Below are positions 31,792 through 42,081 of a stretch of 64,000 nt of DNA, in pieces. The DNA is from a virus. Within the stretch, counting starts at the first letter, position 1, and each line of letters begins with the position of its first letter. Made by a program: the position numbers and the translations under genes. The stretch is from IMG/VR virus record IMGVR_UViG_3300032315_000748, one strand, 5' to 3'. The notes under the pieces were generated by a model. That model did no database searches. It was not told the DNA's origin and saw only the letters and a program-made list of their open reading frames with translations.

Positions 31792-33189
31792 ATGCAAATG
31801 TTCAATGCAGAACAATTGCAGGAGAAGTGGGCACCACTCCTTAATTATGAGGGTCTTGATAAAATCAAGGACTCACATCGTAGAATGGTAACCGCAGTCC
31901 TGCTCGAAAACCAAGAAAAATTCCAAAGAGAGGAGCGCGAGTTCCTTTATGAAGCCCCAACCAACTCAGCTGGTACTGGTGGTTTCTCAAATACTGGTAC
32001 TGGAGCTGTTGCTACTGGACCTGTTGCTGGTTTTGACCCCGTTCTAATCAGCTTGATTCGTCGTTCTATGCCCAACTTGGTCGCTTATGACCTCGCTGGC
32101 GTACAACCAATGAACGGTCCTACTGGACTTATCTTTGCGATGCGTTCACGTTACACCAACCAATCCGGAACTGAAGCATTCTTCAACGAAGTAGATACTT
32201 CATTCTCTGGTGAGAATGCAGGTCAGAACCTTACTGGTTCCTTCACTGACGGTGTTGCTGGTTTCGGTACTACTTCAAATCCAGCAGGTACAAACCCAGG
32301 TCTTCTTAACCCAGTAGGAGTTGCGGCAACCAACACCTATGCTACTGGTCAAGGCATGAACACTGGCGATGCTGAAAATCTTGATGGTAGTGGCGCTAGT
32401 GCGTTCAACCAGATGGCGTTCTCAATTGAGAAAGTCACCGTTACTGCAAAGTCACGCGCATTGAAAGCTGAGTATTCACTAGAACTCGCTCAAGACCTCA
32501 AGGCTATCCACGGTCTAAACGCAGAAGCAGAACTTGCTAACATTCTCTCAACTGAAATCCTTGCGGAAATCAACAGAGAAGTTATTCGTACAATCTACAA
32601 GATTGCCGAGCAAGGCGCTGCTGTTAATACTGCAACCGCTGGTATCTTTGACCTTGACGTTGACTCCAACGGTCGTTGGTCTGTTGAGAAGTTCAAGGGT
32701 CTTCTTTTCCAAATTGAGCGCGATGCTAACGCAATCGCACAAAGAACTCGTCGTGGAAAGGGCAACATGATCCTCTGCTCTGCTGACGTTGCTTCTGCAC
32801 TCACCATGGCAGGTGTTCTTGATTACACCCCTGCTCTTAACGCTAATCTTAACGTTGATGACACCGGAAGCACCTTCGCTGGTGTTCTCCAAGGCAAGTA
32901 TAAGGTCTATATTGATCCTTATTCTGCAAACGTATCTGCTAACCAGTACTACGTTGTAGGTTATAAGGGTTCTTCACCTTATGATGCTGGTCTCTTCTAT
33001 TGTCCTTATGTTCCTCTCCAAATGGTTCGTGCCGTTGGTGAGAACAGCTTCCAACCAAAAATTGGATTCAAGACTCGTTACGGAATCGTTGCTAACCCAT
33101 TTGCTGAAGGCACCGCTCAAGGTTCAGGTCGTCTTCTTGCTAATGCAAACCGTTACTACCGTCGTGTTCGCGTTGACAACCTAATGTGA
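31792..33189 (+). CDS. gp23: Major capsid protein gp23
   Basis: 'GVQPMNGPTGLIFAMR', 'KSRALKAEYSLELAQDLKAIHG', 'FQPKIGFKTRYG'. Confidence 0.98.
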   Translation: MQMFNAEQLQEKWAPLLNYEGLDKIKDSHRRMVTAVLLENQEKFQREEREFLYEAPTNSAGTGGFSNTGTGAVATGPVAGFDPVLISLIRRSMPNLVAYDLAGVQPMNGPTGLIFAMRSRYTNQSGTEAFFNEVDTSFSGENAGQNLTGSFTDGVAGFGTTSNPAGTNPGLLNPVGVAATNTYATGQGMNTGDAENLDGSGASAFNQMAFSIEKVTVTAKSRALKAEYSLELAQDLKAIHGLNAEAELANILSTEILAEINREVIRTIYKIAEQGAAVNTATAGIFDLDVDSNGRWSVEKFKGLLFQIERDANAIAQRTRRGKGNMILCSADVASALTMAGVLDYTPALNANLNVDDTGSTFAGVLQGKYKVYIDPYSANVSANQYYVVGYKGSSPYDAGLFYCPYVPLQMVRAVGENSFQPKIGFKTRYGIVANPFAEGTAQGSGRLLANANRYYRRVRVDNLM

Positions 33190-33211
33190 GTCTTTCTCGC
33201 ATCTCTTTTAC

Positions 33212-33240
33212 AAGGGACCCCAATATGGGGTCCTTTTTTT
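33212..33240 (+). terminator. Rho-independent terminator after gp23
   Basis: aagggacccc-aatat-ggggtcc stem followed by T7. Confidence 0.88.
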
Positions 33241-33262
33241 ATGAAAATAAATAGAAATAAAA

Positions 33263-33811
33263 ATGACGCAAACTCCTTGGTCTAAGCAATTATCAAATAG
33301 AAATTTTTTATCTCCAGTTGGATTCAAATTTTCTGTCACAAAATTGCCAAAAGTAGACTTCTTTTCAAATACAGCAGAAATTCCAGGAATTAATCTTGGT
33401 GTTGCGATGCAACCAACATACCTCAAAGACATTCCAGTTCCAGGTGATAAAATATCTTATGATGATTTTTCTTTAGAATTTTTTATAGATGAAAATTTGG
33501 AAAACTATCTTGAAGTTCATAAGTGGTTAAGGGGACTTGGATATCCATATAGTATTCAAGAATTTATAGATTTGAAATCTAATGATGAGTATTTGCCAGA
33601 TAATGCTGCTAAAAATTCATATAATGAATACTCCGATGCTACTTTATTCATCTACAATAGTAATTTTAATATTATATCGCAAGTTCATTTTAAAGACTTA
33701 TTTCCAATAAGTTTATCTACCGTTCAATTTAATTCAAAGGAATCTGACATCAATTATGTGACTGCAAGCGTCCAATTTAAGTATTCTATATATGATATAG
33801 TTGTTTTATGA
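33263..33811 (+). CDS. gp3: Tail tube terminator/completion protein gp3
   Basis: 'NFLSPVGFKF', 'PGDK..YDDF...F.IDE.LENY.E...W'. Confidence 0.9.
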   Translation: MTQTPWSKQLSNRNFLSPVGFKFSVTKLPKVDFFSNTAEIPGINLGVAMQPTYLKDIPVPGDKISYDDFSLEFFIDENLENYLEVHKWLRGLGYPYSIQEFIDLKSNDEYLPDNAAKNSYNEYSDATLFIYNSNFNIISQVHFKDLFPISLSTVQFNSKESDINYVTASVQFKYSIYDIVVL

Positions 33812-33814
33812 TTT

Positions 33815-34243
33815 ATGAATCTTGATGAAATTCAATCGTTATGGGAAGAAGACGCAAAAATAGACCCGGACAATTTACACGAAGAATCTATTAAAATTCC
33901 TTCACTTCACGCAAAATATTATAAAATTTATAACAATATTCTTCTTCTCAAAAAATTAGAAGAAAACAAATTCAAAATATTAAAAAAAGAAAAATGGATG
34001 TACTTTTCTGGAAAATCAGACCCAGAAATTTATATAAAAAATCCATTTGATTATAAGGTATTGAGACAGGATATAGATAAGTATATGGATGCCGATGAGG
34101 ACATTTTAAAATCCATATCCAAAATGGAGTATTATCAAACAATGTTAAGTTATTTGGATAGTATTCTAAAAACAATAATGAATAGGTCTTATCAAATTAA
34201 AAATAGTATTGAATATATGAGGTTCACTGCAGGTTATGGTTGA
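33815..34243 (+). CDS. uvsY: Recombination mediator UvsY
   Basis: 'ESIKIPSLHAKY', 'RSYQIKNSIEYMRF'; synteny. Confidence 0.88.
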   Translation: MNLDEIQSLWEEDAKIDPDNLHEESIKIPSLHAKYYKIYNNILLLKKLEENKFKILKKEKWMYFSGKSDPEIYIKNPFDYKVLRQDIDKYMDADEDILKSISKMEYYQTMLSYLDSILKTIMNRSYQIKNSIEYMRFTAGYG

Positions 34244-35699
34244 TTTAATTATACAAAAAAAGAATGAAATTTATCTAAAGATAGAAGCAGAGCCGCATAT
34301 ACATCAAGAGTTATTTGATTATTTCACTTTTGAAGTTCCTGGCGCAAAATTTATGCCTCAGTACAGAAACAAATACTGGGATGGAAAAATTCATTTATAT
34401 AGCAATCACACTGGAGAAATTTATGCTGGACTACTTGATAAAGTTGTATCTTGGGCAAAAAAATCTGATTACAAAGTAGAGTTCAAACATAATAAATTCT
34501 ACGGAGATCCATTTGAAGAAAATGAAAATATATCCAAAGAAGGTGTAAAGGATTACATCAATTCAATTTGTAAGTATTCGCCAAGAGATTATCAAATTGA
34601 TGGAGTTTATGATGCTTTGAAATATAATCGTAAACTTTTAATCTCTCCAACTGGAAGTGGAAAGAGTTTGATGATTTATTCTTTGGTTCGTTATTATACA
34701 GACAAAGATTTGAATACTTTGATTATTGTTCCAACTACTTCTCTTGTAAGTCAAATCTATAAAGATTTTGAAGATTATGGGTGGGATGTGAATGAGAACT
34801 GTCATCAAATTTACTCAGGAAAAGAAAAACAAACAGATAAAAGTGTAACCATTTCAACTTGGCAAAGTCTTTATAAAATGGATAGAAAGTTCTTTAATAC
34901 TTTTGACACTGTTATCATAGATGAGTGCCATCTTGCCCGTAGCAAGTCTATTACAGGCATTATGACAAAGATGGATGACACCAAATACAGATATGGGTTC
35001 ACGGGCACTCTAGATGGGTCTCAGACGCATAAATGGGTTCTTGAAGGATTGTTTGGTCCTTCTTACAAAGTCACACACACAAAAGAACTCATAGAAAAGG
35101 GTCATCTATCAAAATTAGATATTAAAGTTCTTTTGTTGAAGCACAACCCACAAAAATTTGATGAATATGAAGAAGAAATTCAGTATTTGATTACCCACGA
35201 AAAAAGAAATAAATTTATCAAAAATCTGACTTTGGATCTAAAAGGAAATAGTTTAGTTCTTTTTAATCGTGTGGAAACTCACGGACAACCTCTCTATGAA
35301 CTCATAAATAGTTCAGCATCAGATGAAAGAAAAATATTTTTTGTTCATGGTGGAGTGGATGCTGAAGAGAGAGAACAAGTAAGAGCAATTACCGAAAAAG
35401 AAAATAATGCAATTATTGTTGCATCTTATGGCACATTTTCTACTGGAATTAACATTAAAAACTTACACAATGTTGTATTTGCTTCTCCCTCTAAATCTAG
35501 AATTAGAAATTTGCAGTCAATTGGTAGAGTTCTCAGAACAAGTGAAAGTAAAACAGAAGCAATATTATACGATATAGCAGATGATACTACTTTTAAATCA
35601 AAGAAAAATTATACATTGAATCATCTTGTAGAAAGAATTCGAATTTATAATGAAGAAAAATTTAATTATGAAATTATTCAAATAGACTTTAAAAATTAA
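34236..35699 (+). CDS. uvsW: SF2 helicase UvsW
   Basis: 'SPTGSGKS', 'DECH', 'QSIGRVLR'. Confidence 0.95.
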   Translation: MVDLIIQKKNEIYLKIEAEPHIHQELFDYFTFEVPGAKFMPQYRNKYWDGKIHLYSNHTGEIYAGLLDKVVSWAKKSDYKVEFKHNKFYGDPFEENENISKEGVKDYINSICKYSPRDYQIDGVYDALKYNRKLLISPTGSGKSLMIYSLVRYYTDKDLNTLIIVPTTSLVSQIYKDFEDYGWDVNENCHQIYSGKEKQTDKSVTISTWQSLYKMDRKFFNTFDTVIIDECHLARSKSITGIMTKMDDTKYRYGFTGTLDGSQTHKWVLEGLFGPSYKVTHTKELIEKGHLSKLDIKVLLLKHNPQKFDEYEEEIQYLITHEKRNKFIKNLTLDLKGNSLVLFNRVETHGQPLYELINSSASDERKIFFVHGGVDAEEREQVRAITEKENNAIIVASYGTFSTGINIKNLHNVVFASPSKSRIRNLQSIGRVLRTSESKTEAILYDIADDTTFKSKKNYTLNHLVERIRIYNEEKFNYEIIQIDFKN

Positions 35700-35700
35700 A

Positions 35701-36099
35701 ATGTACGAAGAAGAATTTTACGCAGCTATAAAAATGGTGTCCGGAGAAGAAGTTTTCTCAAAAGTTTGTCCTTGTGAAGAAGAAGATAGAACTATCTTAA
35801 TTTTAGACAATCCAGTTGTAATGGAAACTATTACCATGAAACAACTTGGAATGACCGCACTTAAAGTTGTTCCTTGGATGAAACTTACAGATGACACAAT
35901 GTTTATTGTGGATATGGAAAAAATTATCACTATGACGGAAGTAAATGAATCTTCAATCATTAAAGTATATGAAAAATATATTAAAGATGTAAATAAAAAA
36001 ACTAATAAATCAAAAATAAGTCCTAATATGGGATATATTTCTTCCATTTCTGAAGCTAGAATATCTTTGGAAAAACTTTATAAATCATCTAATACTTAA
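35701..36099 (+). CDS. Hypothetical protein, possible Sm-like fold
   Basis: 'IKMVSGEEVFSKV...LDNPV...PW' pattern shared with 46000..46392. Confidence 0.65.
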   Translation: MYEEEFYAAIKMVSGEEVFSKVCPCEEEDRTILILDNPVVMETITMKQLGMTALKVVPWMKLTDDTMFIVDMEKIITMTEVNESSIIKVYEKYIKDVNKKTNKSKISPNMGYISSISEARISLEKLYKSSNT

Positions 36100-36132
36100 A
36101 GATATAACTTATCTATCAACCCTAACAGAGTG

Positions 36133-36161
36133 ATTCTAACTGTTACCAAAACTAATGTCAA
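36133..36161 (-). promoter_or_regulatory. Antisense sigma70-type promoter
   Basis: Minus strand TTGACA-17 nt-TAGAAT. Confidence 0.65.
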
Positions 36162-36164
36162 GTC

Positions 36165-36194
36165 TTTACAGATAAAGAAATATTATGGTATAAT
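36165..36194 (+). promoter_or_regulatory. Sigma70-type early promoter for gp55
   Basis: TTTACA-18 nt-TATAAT with extended -10 TG. Confidence 0.7.
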
Positions 36195-36220
36195 AGAGAT
36201 AAATCAAAATTCATAAAATA

Positions 36221-36727
36221 ATGAAAGAAAGAAAAAATCCACATTATGTAAATAATAAAGATTTTCATGATGCCTTAATTGCATACAAAATGAAAATTGA
36301 TATTGCAAAGGAAAAATATTTCCAAAAATATGAAAAGTATCCTCCAAACAATGGACCCTGGGAAGGAAAACCAAGAATACCAAATTATTTGGGAGATTGC
36401 TTTTTAAAAATTGCTACACACCTTTCATATCGTCCGAACTTTGTAAATTATATGTTTCGTGAAGATATGATAAGTGATGGAGTGGAAAATGCAGTTCAAT
36501 ACATTCATAATTTTGATGTAGAAAGAACTAATCCATTTGCTTACTTTACTCAGATTGTTTATTATGCTTTTCTTCGCAGAATTCAAAGGGAGAAGAGGCA
36601 AATGGAAATTAAAGATAAACTAATTGAACGTAGTGGATTTGAAGAAGTATTTACATCAGATGAAAGTGGTTTTAATTCTGATTACAATACGATTAAAGAT
36701 AATGTACATATTAAGATGAATCAATGA
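36221..36727 (+). CDS. gp55: Late-transcription sigma factor gp55
   Basis: 'HYVNNKDF', 'LSYRPNFVNY', 'NPFAYFTQI.YYAFLRRI..EK.Q'. Confidence 0.95.
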   Translation: MKERKNPHYVNNKDFHDALIAYKMKIDIAKEKYFQKYEKYPPNNGPWEGKPRIPNYLGDCFLKIATHLSYRPNFVNYMFREDMISDGVENAVQYIHNFDVERTNPFAYFTQIVYYAFLRRIQREKRQMEIKDKLIERSGFEEVFTSDESGFNSDYNTIKDNVHIKMNQ

Positions 36728-37767
36728 AACTTGGACTCATAACGGATACTCACTATGGATTCAAGAAAGCAAATAAATCTTTTCACGATTACTTTGCTAA
36801 ATTTTATGGTGAAGTATTTTTCGCTACATTAGAAAAAAGAAAAATCAAAACAGTAGTTCATTTGGGTGATGCTTTTGATAATCGGAAGGGTGTTGATTAT
36901 TGGGCACTTGAATGGGCAAAAAAGAATGTTTATGACCGATTTGAAAAATTGGGGATTACAGTTTATAATATAGTAGGAAATCACGATTCTTATTATAAAA
37001 ATTCTAATGAAGTAAATGCAGTTGATGGATTATTACGACAATATGATAATGTAATACCAATCTCAAGACCAACAGAAATTTGTATTGGAGGAATGAATTC
37101 TTTGGTTCTTCCTTGGATTTGTTCGGATAATGAAGAAGAAACTTTTAATTTAATTCAAGAAACCAAAGCAAAAGTTGTTTTTGCACATTTGGAGTTGAAT
37201 GGATTTTCTGCTTATCCTGGCCATATTATGACTGATGGTTTGTCTGCTGAAAAATTTGAAAAATTTGATAGAGTATTTACCGGTCATTATCATACTAAAT
37301 CTAATAATGAAAAAGTATTTTATCTCGGAAATCCTTATCAAATGTTTTGGAATGATGTGGATGATGCTAGAGGATTTCATATTTTTGATACTGATACTTA
37401 TGAATTGGAATATTTTAAAAATCCATACAATATATTTGAAAGAATCTACTATGAAGACAGTAATATAAAACAAATTGATAGTTCAATTTTAAAAGATAAA
37501 ATTGTAAAAGTTATAGTTCGCAAAAAAACAAATCAATTAAATTTTGATAAATTTTTAGATAAAATTGTAAAATCTTCACCTTTAGATTTGAAAGTTGTAG
37601 AAATTATTGATGTTGATGATGAAGATGTAGATTGTGAAGAAATATCTGCAGAAGATACATTATCCATTTTGGATAAATATGTAGAAGAAGCAGAATTTGG
37701 TTTAGACAAAACTATAATCAAAAAACTACTTCGGGATGTGTATAAAGAAGCATTGGAAACAAACTGA
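36724..37767 (+). CDS. gp47: Recombination endonuclease subunit gp47 (Mre11/SbcD-like)
   Basis: Metallophosphoesterase motifs DTH, GD, GNHD, GHYH. Confidence 0.94.
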   Translation: MKLGLITDTHYGFKKANKSFHDYFAKFYGEVFFATLEKRKIKTVVHLGDAFDNRKGVDYWALEWAKKNVYDRFEKLGITVYNIVGNHDSYYKNSNEVNAVDGLLRQYDNVIPISRPTEICIGGMNSLVLPWICSDNEEETFNLIQETKAKVVFAHLELNGFSAYPGHIMTDGLSAEKFEKFDRVFTGHYHTKSNNEKVFYLGNPYQMFWNDVDDARGFHIFDTDTYELEYFKNPYNIFERIYYEDSNIKQIDSSILKDKIVKVIVRKKTNQLNFDKFLDKIVKSSPLDLKVVEIIDVDDEDVDCEEISAEDTLSILDKYVEEAEFGLDKTIIKKLLRDVYKEALETN

Positions 37768-38051
37768 TGTATTTACTTACAATTAAAGGAAAAGAAGACG
37801 AAGGGGCATATGCCGTAACCGATGAAGATGGAGAAAAGGCTCTGTATCTTTTTGAGGATGGTGATGATGCTGAACGTTATTCTGGATTATTGGAGGCAGA
37901 AGATTATCCTGAAATGACTATAGTTGAAGTTGATGATGATCTTGCAGTAAAAACCTGCGAGATCTATGGGTACAATTATGTTATAATTAATTCAAATGAT
38001 TTTGTAATACCACCAAGAGAATATGATACTGTTCAAGCGAATAAAATTTAA
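37767..38051 (+). CDS. Conserved hypothetical protein
   Basis: Overlaps both neighbours; 'EGAYAV...LYLFE..DDA.RY' pattern. Confidence 0.75.
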   Translation: MYLLTIKGKEDEGAYAVTDEDGEKALYLFEDGDDAERYSGLLEAEDYPEMTIVEVDDDLAVKTCEIYGYNYVIINSNDFVIPPREYDTVQANKI

Positions 38052-39738
38052 GAATTTTTTGTCTTCTGGAAATACGCCAACAGAAATTAATTTTGCCGAA
38101 GTTTCAACAACATTAATTGTTGGAACAAATGGTTCTGGCAAAAGTACAATGTTGGATGCCTTGTGTTTTGTTTTATTCAATAAAGCATTTAGAAAGATTG
38201 TAAAAAATCAACTCATCAATTCAACCAATGAAAAAGAATGTCTGGTTGAAATTGAATTTAATATTTCAGACAAAGAATATAAAGTCATAAGAGGAATTAA
38301 ACCAAATATTTTTGAAATTTGGATTGATGGTGTTCTGCAAAATCAAGTAGCAGCATCAAATGACCAACAAAAATACCTAGAAGATACAATACTGAAATTA
38401 AATTATAAATCATTTACACAAATTGTAATTCTTGGAAGTGCTTCTTTTGTGCCTTTTATGCAACTTTCGGCAGCACATCGCCGTGAAGTTGTGGAAGACT
38501 TATTGGATATTAAAATATTTTCAACAATGAATTCTATTTTAAAAGAAAAAATAAGAAATTCAAATGAAAAAATAAAAGAATTCACTTTGCTTGAAAAATC
38601 AATTGACGAAAAGATTTTGATGCAGACTGATTTTATTGAAGAATTGGAAAAAAGAGGTAAAAAAAATATAGAGCAAAAGCAAAATAAAATTCAAGAACTT
38701 TCTGATTTGGAAGTTTCTGTGAGTGATGAAATTGACGCGATACAAAAAAAAGTTGTTTCATTAAATTCGCAACTTGAAGAGTTTTCGGATGCAGCAACTA
38801 AACTCAAAAAACTCACCTCCCTTAAAGGAAAAATACAACAAAAAGTTATTTCTATTACTGAAGAGCACAAATTTTTTAATGAGAATTCTGTATGTCCAAC
38901 TTGCAAACAATCAATTGAAGAAGATTTTAGGTTCAATAAAGTAAATGAAATAGAAACAAATTCAAAAGATTTGAAAGAAGGATATGTTGAATTGGAAAGG
39001 ACAATTGAAGATGAAGAAAAAAGAGAAGAACAATTCATTCAAATTTCAAAAGAAATATCAAGATTGAATAATGAAATTTCCAAAGATAATATTTGTATTT
39101 CAAATTACAGAAAAAATATTAAAGAATTGCAGAATGAAATTCAAACCATTACAGAGCAATTTGAAAATAAAAACATTGAAACCGAAAAATTAAAATTTTT
39201 ACATAAAGAAAAAGAAGATAATTTTAAAAAGAAATCAAAATATAAAGAAACTGTAAATTATTTTGACTTTGCTCAACTTTTAATGAAAGACGGTGGAGTT
39301 AAATCAAAAATTATTCAAAAGTATATTCCATTGATGAATCAACAAATCAATAAGTATTTGCAGATGATGGAGTTTTATATTAATTTTACTCTTGATGATG
39401 AATTCAAAGAACATATTAAATCTCCAATTCACGAAGATTTCAGTTATGAAAGTTTCAGTGAAGGTGAAAAAATGAGAATTAACTTGGCAATTCTTTTCAC
39501 TTGGAGGGAAATTGCTAGAATGAAAAATAGTGTCTCTACAAATCTTTTGATTTTGGATGAAGTTTTTGATAGTTCTTTGGATAATACTGGAACTGATTAC
39601 TTCACAAAAATTATTAAATATGTCATTAAAGATACTAATGTATTTGTGATTTCACATAAGACAGATGAATTGATTGATAAGTTTGATAAAATTATTACAT
39701 TTGAAAAAGTGAAAGGATTTTCTAAGATAAGCACTTGA
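38023..39738 (+). CDS. gp46: Recombination ATPase gp46 (Rad50/SbcC-like)
   Basis: 'GTNGSGKST', zinc hook 'CPTC', signature 'FSEGEK', 'LILDEVFD'. Confidence 0.96.
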   Translation: MILFKRIKFKNFLSSGNTPTEINFAEVSTTLIVGTNGSGKSTMLDALCFVLFNKAFRKIVKNQLINSTNEKECLVEIEFNISDKEYKVIRGIKPNIFEIWIDGVLQNQVAASNDQQKYLEDTILKLNYKSFTQIVILGSASFVPFMQLSAAHRREVVEDLLDIKIFSTMNSILKEKIRNSNEKIKEFTLLEKSIDEKILMQTDFIEELEKRGKKNIEQKQNKIQELSDLEVSVSDEIDAIQKKVVSLNSQLEEFSDAATKLKKLTSLKGKIQQKVISITEEHKFFNENSVCPTCKQSIEEDFRFNKVNEIETNSKDLKEGYVELERTIEDEEKREEQFIQISKEISRLNNEISKDNICISNYRKNIKELQNEIQTITEQFENKNIETEKLKFLHKEKEDNFKKKSKYKETVNYFDFAQLLMKDGGVKSKIIQKYIPLMNQQINKYLQMMEFYINFTLDDEFKEHIKSPIHEDFSYESFSEGEKMRINLAILFTWREIARMKNSVSTNLLILDEVFDSSLDNTGTDYFTKIIKYVIKDTNVFVISHKTDELIDKFDKIITFEKVKGFSKIST

Positions 39739-39763
39739 CTTTTTTTGATTTTTGTGTTAGTAT
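39735..39763 (+). promoter_or_regulatory. Sigma70-type early promoter
   Basis: TTGACT-17 nt-TAGTAT upstream of 39788. Confidence 0.6.
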
Positions 39764-39787
39764 TTTAAGGTAGTTTGATACTAAATT

Positions 39788-40096
39788 ATGAAATGGAAGT
39801 ACAATGAAGAACAAATTCTAAAAGATATTGGTGAATATGTTCTCAGTACATATGGTAGTCATTACGTCGGCAGTGAAGAAGGATATGAAGATATTCAAAC
39901 GATTGATTTGGCTGCTTCCAAAGGACTTGCTCAAGACTTCTGTCAAGTGAATATTTTGAAGTATGGTTCTAGATATGGGCAAAAGAATGGTCGCAATAAA
40001 AGAGATTTGCTTAAAGTCATTCATTATGCTATGCTACTTCTTCACTTTGACAGGCACTATAGCCGTGTTGATAATGGACTGGATGAATTTAAATGA
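39788..40096 (+). CDS. Conserved hypothetical protein (DUF3310-like)
   Basis: 'TYGSHY', 'NILKYGSRYG.K.G...DLLKVIHY'. Confidence 0.7.
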   Translation: MKWKYNEEQILKDIGEYVLSTYGSHYVGSEEGYEDIQTIDLAASKGLAQDFCQVNILKYGSRYGQKNGRNKRDLLKVIHYAMLLLHFDRHYSRVDNGLDEFK

Positions 40097-40758
40097 AACT
40101 ATCTGAAAATACAATTTCAATTCTTAAAAACTTTGCGTCAATTAATCAATCTATTCTTGTGAAGAGTGGATCAAAAATTCGCACTATGTCTGTAATAAAA
40201 ACTATCTTGGCACAGGCAGAAGTAGAAGAAGAATTTCCAAAAGACTTTGCAATTTATGATTTAAATCAATTTCTAAACGGTCTTAGCCTTCACCAAGACC
40301 CAGAACTTGATTTTTCAAATGATAATTATCTTGTAATCCGAGAAGGGAAACGTAAGGTAAAGTATTTCTTTGCTGATCCAGAAGTAATTGTTTCTGCGCC
40401 AGAAAAAGAAATTGAACTTCCTTCCAAAGATGTTTGTTTTCAACTTGATCATTCCCATTTAGATAAATTGAAAAAAGCATCAGCAGTATATCAGTTGAAT
40501 GATCTATCTGTAATTGGTGATGCTGGTGTAATTCGTTTGGTTGTAAGAGATAAGAGAAACGATACTTCTAACGAGTATTCAATTACTGTGGGAGAAACTG
40601 ATAAGGAATTTGTGTTTAATTTTAAAGTTGAAAATCTTAAAATTATTCCAACAAATTATGATGTTGTGATTTCATCTAAACTCATTTCCCAATTTACAAA
40701 TGAGAAGTATAATTTGAATTATTGGATTCCAATGGAACCCGATTCTGAATTTAAATAA
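40093..40758 (+). CDS. gp45: DNA polymerase sliding clamp gp45
   Basis: 'MKLSENTISILKNFASINQSI', 'FAIYDLNQFL'. Confidence 0.95.
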   Translation: MKLSENTISILKNFASINQSILVKSGSKIRTMSVIKTILAQAEVEEEFPKDFAIYDLNQFLNGLSLHQDPELDFSNDNYLVIREGKRKVKYFFADPEVIVSAPEKEIELPSKDVCFQLDHSHLDKLKKASAVYQLNDLSVIGDAGVIRLVVRDKRNDTSNEYSITVGETDKEFVFNFKVENLKIIPTNYDVVISSKLISQFTNEKYNLNYWIPMEPDSEFK

Positions 40759-40775
40759 CTTTATTTTTTTATATT

Positions 40776-41303
40776 ATGAATATATTCGTGGTCAATTCGT
40801 GTCCAGTTCTTTCTGCCGTGGCACTTCCTGATAAACACGTTGTCAAAATGCCTTTGGAGACCTGTCAAATGGTCTCCGTCATCTTCTCCAAGTGGTACTA
40901 TAATTGGGGGCACATTCCCAAAAAAGACGGTCTGCCGTACAGTACAGAAAAAGGTGCGTTCCGTAATCATCCTTGTACTCAATGGGCAGCAAAATCCCAC
41001 GAGAACCTTGCTTGGTTGATTCGGCACGGATTTGCCCTTTGTAATGAGTATCGGCATCGTTATGAAAAAGACCACGCTTGTATGAAAGGTCTTGAAGTTG
41101 CGGAGAATATCTTTGCTACTAAAAGTGGAAAAGAAATCGGTATCTACAAAAATGTGGTAGAATTCACAAGGGCAATGCCGGATGAGTTCAAGTGCGATAC
41201 TTCAATTGATACATTTGAGGCATATAGAAGATATATTGCCTCCAAACCTTGGGTTGCATCTAATTATCTTCGTATCCCTGAAAGACGACCGCAATGGATC
41301 TAA
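40776..41303 (+). CDS. Pyrimidine-dimer DNA glycosylase-like protein (DenV/Pyr_excise family)
   Basis: 'MNIF...DKHVVKMPLETCQM', 'NHPCT.W', 'EY..RY.K.H'. Confidence 0.75.
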   Translation: MNIFVVNSCPVLSAVALPDKHVVKMPLETCQMVSVIFSKWYYNWGHIPKKDGLPYSTEKGAFRNHPCTQWAAKSHENLAWLIRHGFALCNEYRHRYEKDHACMKGLEVAENIFATKSGKEIGIYKNVVEFTRAMPDEFKCDTSIDTFEAYRRYIASKPWVASNYLRIPERRPQWI

Positions 41304-41319
41304 ATTGTGATAGAATGTA

Positions 41320-41619
41320 ATGGAAGACTATTTTTTTCGCCCTTCAAAAGAATTGGATTCCTATCTTTATTCTATTTTTTTAAAATATGCTTCTGTTGAA
41401 GAATTAGAACGAGATACTCTACACATTCAAACAAATTGGAAGTTGGCAAATCATTTTGGTGATGGTTGCAAAGAGTATAACGTTTGGTTTGTTGGTGAAG
41501 TGGCAGTTACAAAACAACCAACTATTGTTGATAAAAAAATGATTAGAAGGTATTATGATTGGGCAAATCCAAATAACCCTTTACACGGGGCAATTATTCA
41601 ACCAAATATTGAGGTATAA
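41320..41619 (+). CDS. Hypothetical protein
   Basis: 99-aa ORF in a co-oriented run. Confidence 0.6.
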   Translation: MEDYFFRPSKELDSYLYSIFLKYASVEELERDTLHIQTNWKLANHFGDGCKEYNVWFVGEVAVTKQPTIVDKKMIRRYYDWANPNNPLHGAIIQPNIEV

Positions 41620-41626
41620 TTAAATT

Positions 41627-42079
41627 ATGACTACGATTAAAACCTATGCGATTAATGAACTAACCAGAATCGGAATGTATAATTCTGGGGAAGAAATGAA
41701 TGATGAAATGTGTCAACATATTCTCAAAATAGTGGATGTATTTGACGAAGAGGGGCACTCTGGATTTTCGGCAGAATATGCGATTGGTATTCTTCAAAAA
41801 CTTCTAAGATGGGAACCACTTTCGCCCTTGACTGGTGATGATGATGAGTGGAAGAATTTGGAGAATGAAGGATTTCAAGATAAAGGATTTCAAAATAAGA
41901 GATGCTCTCGTGTCTTCAAGGATGAAAAAGGTGGACAAGCATATGATATTCGTGGCAAAGTCTTCGTGAATCCTGATGGTGTTGCTTTTACTAGTCGTGG
42001 CAGTCGGGTGTATATTGACTTTCCGTATGTTCCTAAAACTGAATATGTAAATGTAGAACACGAAACTACTGAAGACTGA
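41627..42079 (+). CDS. Conserved phage hypothetical protein
   Basis: GAGG RBS; 'GHSGFSA', 'PLSPLTG.DDEW', 'QNKRCSRVFKD' motifs. Confidence 0.7.
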   Translation: MTTIKTYAINELTRIGMYNSGEEMNDEMCQHILKIVDVFDEEGHSGFSAEYAIGILQKLLRWEPLSPLTGDDDEWKNLENEGFQDKGFQNKRCSRVFKDEKGGQAYDIRGKVFVNPDGVAFTSRGSRVYIDFPYVPKTEYVNVEHETTED

Positions 42080-42081
42080 CT

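Noticed and set aside
40761-41075. Minus-strand 104-aa ORF opposite the DenV-like gene
   Set aside because: Fully overlaps a motif-supported plus-strand gene; explained by locally higher GC
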